Source of the DNA: Synergistaceae bacterium UBA6083
GTDB taxonomy: Bacteria; Synergistota; Synergistia; Synergistales; 79-D21
Direction of reading: 5' to 3'
Length of the DNA stretch: 64,000 nucleotides
NCBI GenBank assembly: GCA_002436015.1
Contig: DIXJ01000009.1
Span: 64,121 to 128,120 of the forward strand
Made by a program: the position numbers and the translations under genes. Below are positions 19,249 through 27,926 of this stretch, piece after piece. Under the pieces are notes generated by a model. That model was not told the DNA's origin. It ran no database searches and saw nothing but the letters and a program-made list of their open reading frames with translations. The number at the start of each line of letters is the position of its first letter. Positions within the stretch are counted from its first letter, which is position 1.

Positions 19249-21510
19249 TCAGGCCCCCCCGTTGAAGGCCTGGCGCAAAATCTCCTCGGCCCTGTCGTCG
19301 TCCACGAGGATCTCTCTTGGGCGAGATGCTTCCTGGGGACCTACCATGCCCAACTGCTCCATCGTGTCGACCAGTCGGGCTGCGCGCGTGAAGCCGATCT
19401 TCAGCTGTCTCTGGAGACGACTGGCCGAGGCGATGCCCGTTTGGAGAATGATGGACACGGCTTCTTCGAGAAGGGGATCCTCCAGGTTCGCGGCGATTTC
19501 ACCCCAGGACCCGGTGTCTTCGCTGTCAATGTCAATGTGTTGCGGTTCCCCGAAAACTCGGACCACGTGCTGGATGAAAGCAACGATCCTGCTTTCGTCG
19601 ATCCAGGGTCCCTGGAGCCGTATGGGTTTCGGGTAACGGGAGGTCAGGAGGAGCATGTCTCCTTTTCCAAGGAGCTTTTCTGCTCCGGAAAGGTCGATGA
19701 TTGTCCGCGAATCTGCCTGGGATGGCAGGGTGAAGGCCACCCGGGCCGGAATGTTGGCCTTGATCAGACCCGTGACAACGTTTACTGAAGGTCTCTGGGT
19801 CGCAAGGATAAGGTGAATGCCCGTTGCCCGGGCCATCTGCGCAAGTCTGCAGATGTAATCTTCTGCTTCCTTCGGGGAGGTCATCATCAGGTCCGCCAAC
19901 TCGTCTACGACAATGACGATATGGGGTAGACGGTCTTTTGGGATGACTTTCTTGTTGTAGGCCTTCAAGTGCCGCACCCTTGCCCCTGCGAAAAGCTCGT
20001 AACGGCGCTCCATCTCACGGATGGCCCAACCCAGGGCGTGAACAGCCTTCTTCGAGTCGACCACCGGAGGCGTGAGCGTATGTGGCAGCCGTTCGTAAAG
20101 GGTCATTTCCACTCGTTTCGGGTCGATGAGCAGCAGCCGAAGTTCATCCGGTCTTCTGGCGCAACAGAGTCCGATGATGCAGCTTGATACCAGGACGCTT
20201 TTTCCCGAGCCAGTCGTCCCCGCTACGAGAAGGTGCGGAAGGTCTTCCAGCCCCATCACCAGAGGAACACCGTCGACGGTTAGGCCAAAGGGGAGGGGAA
20301 GGTCGAAATCTCCCCGCTGGAAAGGGGTGGATTCGAGCAGGGAGCGCAAGGGGACGATCCACCGACGCGGGTTGGGGGTCTCGATCCCCACGAAGGTCGT
20401 CCCGGGGATGGGGGCTTCCACGCGCAGGGCTGGAACAGCCAGGGCGACCGCGAGGTCATTGCTCAGGCCCGCCACCTTGCTGACCTTGATGCCTGGGGCC
20501 AGCTGGAGTCGGAACTGGATCACGGTCGGGCCTGTGATCGTTTCGGCCAGTTCTGCCTCTACGCCGAATTCCTCAAGCGTGGAAATGATCCTTTCCCCCT
20601 GGTTGCGGATCATTTCGTCGGAAACCGGGTTGGCCGTGATTCCCTCCGTGCCGAACAGTTCCAGGGGCGGCGGGAATGCGGAAGGGTCCACACCGGGGGG
20701 AACGGGAAGTTCTTCAGGGTTTTCAACCGCTTCCACAGCTTCTTCCATGGGAACCGGAAGAAAGTCGTCAATGCCCCGCTCCTCGAGCGAAGGTCCAGAA
20801 GAAAGGAGTTCCGTACATTCAGGTATACCCTCCCCTTCCAGGACAAAGGGGTCATTTCCCTCGGGGTTTGCCGTATCGACCTCGGGGCAAGTCATGTTCG
20901 AGGGCATAAGGCCGGAGAAAACCTCTTTTGCCCGGGTCAGTCCGGCCAGCAGGCTGGACCTGAGTCCACTTGCCCAGCGGACCAGGTCCAGAGGCTCTAT
21001 CAGGCCGTAAAGGGTTGCCGCCAAAAAGGCTCCGAACAGCCCCGCCAGGACGGTACCGAGAACCCCGGTGTGCCCAAGGAGAAATCCGCCCAGGCTATGC
21101 CCGAAAATGCCAGGGTTGAGCCACCCGCGGGCGGCCTCCGGCCATGAAGGCTGTCCAATGAAAAGGACTAGTTCAAGGCAGGCATAGAGGACGACAGTTC
21201 CCCCTGCTTGTCTGGCCAGCTCCGGGACAGGCTTCCTAAGGAGGTGAAAAACAGCGCAGTAGAGGAGAAAGAGCAGAAGGATGGACACGCCCCCTCCTGT
21301 TGCCTCAAGGAGGCTTATGCGGACGACTTGTCCCCAGGAGCCGGTCAGGTCTGTGTAAAGGGACGCGAAGAGGTAGACCGAGAGGAAGAGAACGAAAACG
21401 ACTGCCCCATCAACCCAGGCAGGGGTCGATGCCGATCCGATGAACCCCTGTGTCTCGTTTTTTTCGTTATTTTCCCGCAGTTCCGGGTATCGCTTCCTAA
21501 CCTTCGCCAT
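19249..21510 (-). CDS. ftsK: DNA translocase FtsK/SpoIIIE
   Basis: N-terminal TM helices, VAGTTGSGKSV Walker A, IVIVVDELADLM Walker B, C-terminal gamma winged helix ASASRLQRQLKIGFTRAARLVD. ATG-21510 was chosen; the ORF is open to 21627 inside tldD. Confidence 0.9.
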   Translation of the reverse strand: MAKVRKRYPELRENNEKNETQGFIGSASTPAWVDGAVVFVLFLSVYLFASLYTDLTGSWGQVVRISLLEATGGGVSILLLFLLYCAVFHLLRKPVPELARQAGGTVVLYACLELVLFIGQPSWPEAARGWLNPGIFGHSLGGFLLGHTGVLGTVLAGLFGAFLAATLYGLIEPLDLVRWASGLRSSLLAGLTRAKEVFSGLMPSNMTCPEVDTANPEGNDPFVLEGEGIPECTELLSSGPSLEERGIDDFLPVPMEEAVEAVENPEELPVPPGVDPSAFPPPLELFGTEGITANPVSDEMIRNQGERIISTLEEFGVEAELAETITGPTVIQFRLQLAPGIKVSKVAGLSNDLAVALAVPALRVEAPIPGTTFVGIETPNPRRWIVPLRSLLESTPFQRGDFDLPLPFGLTVDGVPLVMGLEDLPHLLVAGTTGSGKSVLVSSCIIGLCCARRPDELRLLLIDPKRVEMTLYERLPHTLTPPVVDSKKAVHALGWAIREMERRYELFAGARVRHLKAYNKKVIPKDRLPHIVIVVDELADLMMTSPKEAEDYICRLAQMARATGIHLILATQRPSVNVVTGLIKANIPARVAFTLPSQADSRTIIDLSGAEKLLGKGDMLLLTSRYPKPIRLQGPWIDESRIVAFIQHVVRVFGEPQHIDIDSEDTGSWGEIAANLEDPLLEEAVSIILQTGIASASRLQRQLKIGFTRAARLVDTMEQLGMVGPQEASRPREILVDDDRAEEILRQAFNGGA

Positions 21511-22903
21511 GTCCGATTTCGCACCCCCCCACAAGGAGACTCCGGATGAGCAGGCTGGGCTGTCCGTCTGTAACGGGCACACTTTGCCCGTCTTTCCCGC
21601 ACATACCCGGTTCAAAGTGCAAGTCATTGCCGACGGCCTCGATTTGCTTAAGGGCTTCCGGTCCGTTGCCGATAAGGGTCGCTCCCCTGACCGGACGTCC
21701 GATTCCCCCCTGTTCGATGAGGAAAGCCTCTGTCACCTGGAAGACAAAGTCTCCCGATGTCGGGTTGACCTGGCCACCGCCCATCTTCGTGACCAGTAGC
21801 CCACTCCCTGCCCTCTCAAGGATAGATTCCAGGCGTTCTTCGCCCGGAAGGAGGAACGTGTTGCTCATCCTCGGGATCGGCAGGTTTCGGTAAGAGCCCC
21901 TTCGTCCGTTCCCGGAAAGGGGGATTTCTCCCTTTTGGGCCGACTGCACATCGGTCAGGTAGGACCGCAAGATCCCATGGTCGATAAGGATATTGCGCCT
22001 GGCCGGAGTGCCTTCATCGTCCACGGCGTAGCTGCCGTAGGCCCCAGGGATCGTTGCATCGTCCACGAGCGTCACGAGGGGGCTTGCGACTTCCTCTCCC
22101 AGGCGGTCACGGTAGACAGAGTAATCCTTTTGGATGATATCGGCCTCGAGCCCGTGCCCGCAAGCCTCATGGATCATTGTACCCCCTGCCTGCCCCGATA
22201 GGACGACCGGCATCCGTCCAGCGGGGCACGGGCTTGCCTCGAGCATCAGGAGGGCCCTGTCAAGGGCTTGTCGGCCCACTTCGAGAGGAGAAACACGAGC
22301 CCAGAAATCCCCGGGGTCGGCTTGGAAGGCCCGGACCTCGTAGCCGGTTTGGATTGTCCCTTTCCTCTCGACGGTGACCTGGACGGCAAAGAGTGAATGG
22401 AAACGTTCATCCGCCATGATAACTCCGTCACCCCTGACAATGAGGGTCCGTCTGCCGGAGACCCTGAATCTGAGGGTGACCTGGCGAACAAGGGAAGAAG
22501 AGTCCCTGATCACCTTGTCGACTTCGCCAAGGGGGGCCGTATCGGGTGCCTTGAGCCTTGCGGGATCGAAGGCCAGGGCACATTCGACTGAGGGATATTT
22601 CCCGGCCGGTGAGGCTCCGGTCCTGGACAGCACATTTTCCAGGCAATCCCAGGCTCCCCGCAGCGAGCAGTCGGGGGAATGGGAGAAGACCGAATGATCC
22701 TTGAGGAGAATTCTTGCTCCTACACCCCCGGAGGCAGCCGAGGAGACTTCCTCTATCCGTCCCTTTTCGAAGGCGACGCTATGGCCGGCTCCCGACTGGA
22801 CGAAGAGGTCTGCATAGTCGACGCTTTTTCCCGAAAGCCGGGCCACCTGTTCCCCAAGCAATTGCCAGGCTGGGCCGGGATGTTCAACATTCATGGACGT
22901 CAT
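21497..22903 (-). CDS. tldD: TldD-family metalloprotease
   Basis: 468 aa with HEACGHGLE zinc motif and a TldD/PmbA fold C-terminus (GGQVNPTSGDFVF). Confidence 0.9.
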   Translation of the reverse strand: MTSMNVEHPGPAWQLLGEQVARLSGKSVDYADLFVQSGAGHSVAFEKGRIEEVSSAASGGVGARILLKDHSVFSHSPDCSLRGAWDCLENVLSRTGASPAGKYPSVECALAFDPARLKAPDTAPLGEVDKVIRDSSSLVRQVTLRFRVSGRRTLIVRGDGVIMADERFHSLFAVQVTVERKGTIQTGYEVRAFQADPGDFWARVSPLEVGRQALDRALLMLEASPCPAGRMPVVLSGQAGGTMIHEACGHGLEADIIQKDYSVYRDRLGEEVASPLVTLVDDATIPGAYGSYAVDDEGTPARRNILIDHGILRSYLTDVQSAQKGEIPLSGNGRRGSYRNLPIPRMSNTFLLPGEERLESILERAGSGLLVTKMGGGQVNPTSGDFVFQVTEAFLIEQGGIGRPVRGATLIGNGPEALKQIEAVGNDLHFEPGMCGKDGQSVPVTDGQPSLLIRSLLVGGCEIGHGEG

Positions 22904-24026
22904 CTCCTCCGATCAGGGCGCTCCGGGTGCTTGGCCTGAAAAAGTCGGGGGCATGTACCGAAAAAAGGGCTTCCCCCTGCCATACGGTTATCCAGCCGCA
23001 TCCCGGCAGCACCAAGTCCTGTCCCTTCACAAGCCTGATCTCGGTACGGGACCACGGGAGTTCCCGGAGCGTCTTTCGGCATCCTGGGCATGGAACTGCC
23101 AGGAGTCCTCCCGCATGCCGTTCAAGCAACTCTCCTTCCCTTTCTGCTCTTGTGCGGTGCGGAGCCAGCTTTTCAGGAGAGAAAGCGGCAATTCCAACCC
23201 GATCCATCCTGAAGCATTCCAAGACTTCCACACTCACGAGTCCGCCGAAAAGAAGGAGATCCCCGGCTTTCAGGGAGGTCGTCAGCCTGTTAGGTTTTTT
23301 CCCGGGCTGGAGGTCGACAAGGCAATCGGGACAAAGGATCGGGATCCATGGATCTTCGGATCGGAAGCCCGGAATGTCGACGAGTGTCATCCCGAGCATG
23401 GAGCTTGAGACAATGACCGGCCCCAGGGTTGTTCCCGGCATCGGGGAACGTGATGCGAGGTGGGCTTCCGAGCAGGCGCTTCTCAGGAAGGTGGTCTTTC
23501 CCGAGTTGACCGGGCCGACGAGCATGATCCTGGAACCGCACGGGAACCTTCGACCGATCCAGGAAGTCACCTTCTTGACGCTCGCATGGTCAAGGGCGTT
23601 CATCGTTAAGGCACTATCCTTGCTGATTCCCAATATTTCGGCCAATCGGCGGCTTCCGCCCCCCGAACGAAACCACCCTGATATCATATCATATTTATTG
23701 ATGACTTTCAGCGTCGGCTTACCCCATTCCTCCAGCAGGTTGTCCAAAAGAGGATTCGGCGACGGTTGGAACGCGTCCACGAACTGGATTGCTCCATCCG
23801 ACTGTTCCATTTCCTTTCGTATCATCCCGAGGACAAGCTCATCGGACAGGGCGGCCTTGGTGGCTTGCCTATAGTGGACGAGCCTGAAGCAACGTCGACA
23901 GATCGTGTCCTTGCCGATCACGACTGTGGGGGGGATGAATCCCGGGGTTTCCGGGTCCTCCTGTTGGAAGGGGACTCCGCAACCTGGGCAGCAATTCGGG
24001 TCATTTGCCTTTTTCGGGTCTTTCAT
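22884..24026 (-). CDS. yqeH: ribosome biogenesis GTPase YqeH (circularly permuted)
   Basis: N-terminal zinc finger CPGCG...CRRCFRLVHY. NKYD (G4) precedes GPVNSGKTT (G1) and PGTT. Collinear with B. subtilis YqeH. Confidence 0.85.
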   Translation of the reverse strand: MKDPKKANDPNCCPGCGVPFQQEDPETPGFIPPTVVIGKDTICRRCFRLVHYRQATKAALSDELVLGMIRKEMEQSDGAIQFVDAFQPSPNPLLDNLLEEWGKPTLKVINKYDMISGWFRSGGGSRRLAEILGISKDSALTMNALDHASVKKVTSWIGRRFPCGSRIMLVGPVNSGKTTFLRSACSEAHLASRSPMPGTTLGPVIVSSSMLGMTLVDIPGFRSEDPWIPILCPDCLVDLQPGKKPNRLTTSLKAGDLLLFGGLVSVEVLECFRMDRVGIAAFSPEKLAPHRTRAEREGELLERHAGGLLAVPCPGCRKTLRELPWSRTEIRLVKGQDLVLPGCGWITVWQGEALFSVHAPDFFRPSTRSALIGGDDVHEC

Positions 24027-25105
24027 GGGCGGGCTTCATTCTCCCTTCCGGTGCTGTTTTTGGGCCTGTCTTCGCTGGCCGATTTCTGGGCTGCAAGGTG
24101 CTCTTCGTAGGTTCTGGAGAACAGGTGCCGACCAGAAGGGGATAGGACGAAGAAAAGGTATTCGTGATGCTCGGGGGCGAGTGATGCCCGCCACGCGGGA
24201 AGTGAAGGGACACCTATGGGTCCGGGCGGCAAACCCCGGTTCCTGTAGGTATTATAGGGCGAATCGATCTCGAGGTCGGCATAGGTCAACCCGCGGAGGG
24301 TTCGGCCCTCAAGCTTCCAGGCGAAAACGATGGTTGCGCAGGATTGCAGGGGCATCCCCAGGCGGAGCCGGTTTTCAAAGACTCCTGCCACGCGGGCTCG
24401 TTCCTGGTCGTCGCGGGATTCCCTTTCATTGATCGAGGCAAGGATTGCCCGTTCCAGAAGCCATCGGGAGCTGGGTTCAGGGGGCAGGATTGGTGCCACT
24501 TTCTCCAGCCAGGTCTTCGAAGCAAGCCTGACGAATTCTTTGATGGCCATTTTTGAGGGAGTGACCCGGTAAGTTTCCGGCAGGAGAAAAGCCAGGCGAA
24601 ACTCGTGTCTTTCCGGTAAAAGCTCGCGGACTCGAGCCGGGAAATTGCCGGGGTCGGAAAGTTCCCTCAAGAGGGCGCTTTCCCCTCCCCAAGTTGAAAG
24701 GGCCGTCCCGAGTTCCCCGAGCGTGGTTCCCGGGAGGAGCCGGATTCCACAGGAATCCGGCTCCTGGCTTTTCATTTGTTTTGCCACTTCCCAGGGCGTA
24801 CCGGGGCGTATTCTGTAAAGGCCGGGTTTCAAGCGCGTATCCATGTCCAGGAGGGAAAACCACCGCGCCAGGGTGCGGGCATCTCCAGTGGTGAGCCCCT
24901 GCTCAACGAGCGAGCGAGACACGGACAAGGCATTTTGGCCGGATTCGACAAGCGCTTCCAGGGGGGAGCCCTTACCGAGCGGCACCATCCTTGCCCACCA
25001 GGCTCCTCCCCGGGAGATGATCGCCCCGAAGAGGAAAAGACTCAGAATTGCAATACCCATCCCCCCAAGGCGAATAATCGGGAGGGTTTTCTGTCCTGGA
25101 TCCAC
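24023..25105 (-). CDS. mltG: endolytic transglycosylase MltG (YceG-like)
   Basis: N-terminal TM, ASINERESRDDQERARVAGVFENRL and SPYNTYRNRGLPPGPIGVPS motifs. Confidence 0.9.
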   Translation of the reverse strand: MDPGQKTLPIIRLGGMGIAILSLFLFGAIISRGGAWWARMVPLGKGSPLEALVESGQNALSVSRSLVEQGLTTGDARTLARWFSLLDMDTRLKPGLYRIRPGTPWEVAKQMKSQEPDSCGIRLLPGTTLGELGTALSTWGGESALLRELSDPGNFPARVRELLPERHEFRLAFLLPETYRVTPSKMAIKEFVRLASKTWLEKVAPILPPEPSSRWLLERAILASINERESRDDQERARVAGVFENRLRLGMPLQSCATIVFAWKLEGRTLRGLTYADLEIDSPYNTYRNRGLPPGPIGVPSLPAWRASLAPEHHEYLFFVLSPSGRHLFSRTYEEHLAAQKSASEDRPKNSTGRENEARP

Positions 25106-25108
25106 CTT

Positions 25109-25741
25109 TTAGGAAAGTTGCTTCAGCAGTTCGGCCTCGGCAATGATCGCCGAGGCTTCAACCTGGGCAAGCTCGAACTTGAGCTTCCTCAGGGTTTCTT
25201 CAACAAAGCCGGTGTCCTTTACGGCCTTCAGGTTGACCTCGACATTGTAGGCTGCTGCGTGGGCAGCCGCCCAGGCCAGTCTTCCGGCGGACCCGGCATC
25301 CGTGACGGCATTCGGGTTTCCCTTGAATAGGACGGATTCCATCAAGTGCCCAACCTCGGCAACGGTTTCAACCGTCTTGAGCGGGACCTTGCAGGCCTCT
25401 TTCAGGGATTCCTGCATCCGCACTTCCCGCAGGGCCTTTTCTTCCTCGGTTGACTTGGGCATCTTCAACGCGGTCATGACCGCGTTGTAGGATTCAGCGT
25501 CCTGGTCCATCAGTTCTACGAGGGTCGCCGTAAGGGCATGCCCTTTTTCCACCGCGACTTCCATCTCCGGCCAGGCATCCTTGAAGCGTTCCCGCCCCAG
25601 GGTCAGCGAAGCGACCATGGTGCAGAGGCTGCTGGCCAGGGCACCGGCCAGGGCTGCCGCGGTGCCCCCCCCGGGGGCCGGGGAAGCAGAACCCAGTTCC
25701 TGGAGGAATTCGTTTACTGTCTTGCTTTTTAGCATGGACAT
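25109..25741 (-). CDS. formimidoyltetrahydrofolate cyclodeaminase-family protein (FTCD C-terminal-like)
   Basis: 210 aa, all-helical. FLQELGSASPAPGGGTAAALAGALASSLCTMVASLT is typical of the cyclodeaminase/cyclohydrolase family. Last gene of the hut block. Confidence 0.8.
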   Translation of the reverse strand: MSMLKSKTVNEFLQELGSASPAPGGGTAAALAGALASSLCTMVASLTLGRERFKDAWPEMEVAVEKGHALTATLVELMDQDAESYNAVMTALKMPKSTEEEKALREVRMQESLKEACKVPLKTVETVAEVGHLMESVLFKGNPNAVTDAGSAGRLAWAAAHAAAYNVEVNLKAVKDTGFVEETLRKLKFELAQVEASAIIAEAELLKQLS

Positions 25742-25756
25742 GCTCCTTTCTTTTTC

Positions 25757-27001
25757 TTACAATACGCGTTCGGAACCTTTATAAACGGCCTTTACGGGAG
25801 AAACACCCGCATGGTACGCCAGGATCGCCGGCGTTTCACCGTCCAGGATGAGGAAATCGGCTTTCTTTCCTGGTTCAAGGCTCCCGCGGGAGCCTGCCAT
25901 CCCGATGGCGTAGGCGGCATTGAGCGTCGTCGCCACGAGGGCTTCCGCAGGGGAAAAGTGCATCCCCATGACGGCGAGGCCAAAGACGAAAGGCATTGAC
26001 TCGCAGAAACAGGATCCCGGGTTGCAATCCGTGGCGAGGCTTACCGGCACTCCCAGGGTGATCATTTCCCTCCCCCGGGCGAACGGTTTTCCCAAGCTAT
26101 AGGCAGTTGCCGGGAGAAGGACGGCCAAGGTCCCTGCCTCAGCCATTGCTTTCAAGCCTTCGCCCGAGGCCGCAAGCAGGTGTTCTGCCGAGGTGGCCGC
26201 GACAGCCGCCGCAAGGGCCGCCCCACCTAGATCGTGCACCTCGTCAGCATGGATCTTGATCCCGAGTCCCAGTGCTTTTGCGGCTTCGAGGATACGCCTG
26301 CTTTGGGATATTGAAAAGACCCCTTCTTCGCAAAAAACATCGCAATAACGCGCAATCCCCTGGTCGGCAACGGCCGGGAGCATCTCCCGAATGACCTTTT
26401 CCACGAACGCTTCGGGTTGGTGCCGGTCTTCTTCCGCAACGGCATGGGCCCCCATGAAAGTTGGCACCACGTCGAGGAAGGATTTTTTCCCCACCTGGTC
26501 GATGACTCGGAGCATTTTCAGTTCGGATTCCGAATCGAGGCCATACCCGCTTTTGATCTCGATTGTGGTGGTTCCATGGGCTAACGCCGATTGTGCAAGT
26601 TTCATCGTGGACGAAAATAGTTCTTCCTCGCTGGCGGTTCGGACTCGCCTTACAGACGATAGGATGCCGCCTCCCTGCCGTAGGATCTCGAGGTAGGGAA
26701 CACCCTCCAGCCTCATGGCAAACTCGGCTTCCCTCAGCCCGTGGAAACAGAGGTGGGTATGGGGATCGACGAATCCAGGGATCAGGCAGCCGCCCCCGCA
26801 ATCGATTTCCATGTCGATATCAAGGCCTCGGGTCTTTTCGAGGACTTCCCCCCCCGGGCCGATTTCCCGTATGATTCCATTCTGGGTCAGGATCGCGCAC
26901 TCGGCAATTGTGCGAATATTCCCTTGTTCTCGGCCCGCAAGGGGATGGCCCGGGTCGACGGGCGTGAAACAACGGGCATTGGTGAATAGCTTGGTCGTCA
27001 T
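25757..27001 (-). CDS. hutI: imidazolonepropionase
   Basis: GFVDPHTHL, KIHADE and LATDCNPGS amidohydrolase motifs. ATGA overlap with the ftcD stop. Confidence 0.9.
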   Translation of the reverse strand: MTTKLFTNARCFTPVDPGHPLAGREQGNIRTIAECAILTQNGIIREIGPGGEVLEKTRGLDIDMEIDCGGGCLIPGFVDPHTHLCFHGLREAEFAMRLEGVPYLEILRQGGGILSSVRRVRTASEEELFSSTMKLAQSALAHGTTTIEIKSGYGLDSESELKMLRVIDQVGKKSFLDVVPTFMGAHAVAEEDRHQPEAFVEKVIREMLPAVADQGIARYCDVFCEEGVFSISQSRRILEAAKALGLGIKIHADEVHDLGGAALAAAVAATSAEHLLAASGEGLKAMAEAGTLAVLLPATAYSLGKPFARGREMITLGVPVSLATDCNPGSCFCESMPFVFGLAVMGMHFSPAEALVATTLNAAYAIGMAGSRGSLEPGKKADFLILDGETPAILAYHAGVSPVKAVYKGSERVL

Positions 27002-27921
27002 TTCTGTTCCTCCGCCCCCATGCGCTCCAGGAGTTTAAGTTCCAGAACCTGCAGCGGGTCAAAGTCGGTGACCTGCAGGTAGTAGGCTGCGGCTTCAAGG
27101 AGCGCCCGTGCGGGGATCATCCCGTAGATCTCCGTCTCCGCCACCTCGATGCCCCAGCGGCGGGCTTCAAAGCGGATCATCTCCAGGACCCGGTAAAGGG
27201 CGTTCTTTTCGTAATCAACGATATTCATGCTGACCTGGACCATGCCCTTGTCTTCCAGCGCAACGCCGATGCCCTTCACCGCACAAAGCCCGCCGCTCGA
27301 AGCCCGAACGGCATTCGCTATCTGTTTCGCGACCGAGAGGTCCCTTGTTCTGAGATTCACGTTGAAGGCGACAAGGAACTTTCGGGCTCCGATCACCGTC
27401 GCCCCCGCAGTCGGGTGGAGCGACGGTTCTCCAATATCCGGCCACCGTTCGGGGTTTGACACCTCTTTCTTGAGAGTCTCGTACTGCCCCTTGCGGATGA
27501 CTTCCAGGCGAGTTCGGTCGGGCCGTACCGCAGCATCTTCGTAAAAATAGACGGGGATCCCGGTCCGGTCATGGTAATGTTGGCCGAAATCCCGGGCAAA
27601 GCGAACGCACTCCTCCATTGTCATTCCCTGTACGGGTGTGAAGGGAATGACATCAATGGCACCGACCCGGGGGTGGGCCCCCTCGTGAGAGTTCATGTCG
27701 ATATGGCGGACAGCGGTTTCAGCGGCTTCAAGCAGGGCTTCCTCCACGGGTTCGGGTTCTCCCACGAGGCTGACAACCAGGCGGTTGTGGTCGGGGTCCG
27801 CCCGGTAGTCGAAAAGGGTGCAACCTGGCCGGTTCCGGAAAGCGTCCGCAATGGCCTCGATGACTTCAGGCCTCCGGCCTTCGCTAAAATTCGGGACGCA
27901 TTCCAAGAGTTTCTTTCCCAT
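26998..27921 (-). CDS. ftcD: glutamate formimidoyltransferase
   Basis: LLECVPNFSEGRR N-terminus and full formiminotransferase N and central subdomains (about 300 aa), with no fused cyclodeaminase. Confidence 0.9.
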   Translation of the reverse strand: MGKKLLECVPNFSEGRRPEVIEAIADAFRNRPGCTLFDYRADPDHNRLVVSLVGEPEPVEEALLEAAETAVRHIDMNSHEGAHPRVGAIDVIPFTPVQGMTMEECVRFARDFGQHYHDRTGIPVYFYEDAAVRPDRTRLEVIRKGQYETLKKEVSNPERWPDIGEPSLHPTAGATVIGARKFLVAFNVNLRTRDLSVAKQIANAVRASSGGLCAVKGIGVALEDKGMVQVSMNIVDYEKNALYRVLEMIRFEARRWGIEVAETEIYGMIPARALLEAAAYYLQVTDFDPLQVLELKLLERMGAEEQK

Positions 27922-27926
27922 AATTC

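Noticed and set aside
21497-22903. TldD without an adjacent PmbA/TldE partner
   Set aside because: tldD and pmbA are frequently unlinked in bacterial genomes, so absence from a 64-kb window is not informative.
22714-23874. 386-aa ORF on the + strand
   Set aside because: It is entirely antisense to the well-supported yqeH/tldD genes. Its Arg/Ser/Pro-rich low-complexity composition is typical of shadow ORFs in GC-rich DNA, and it has no recognisable motifs.
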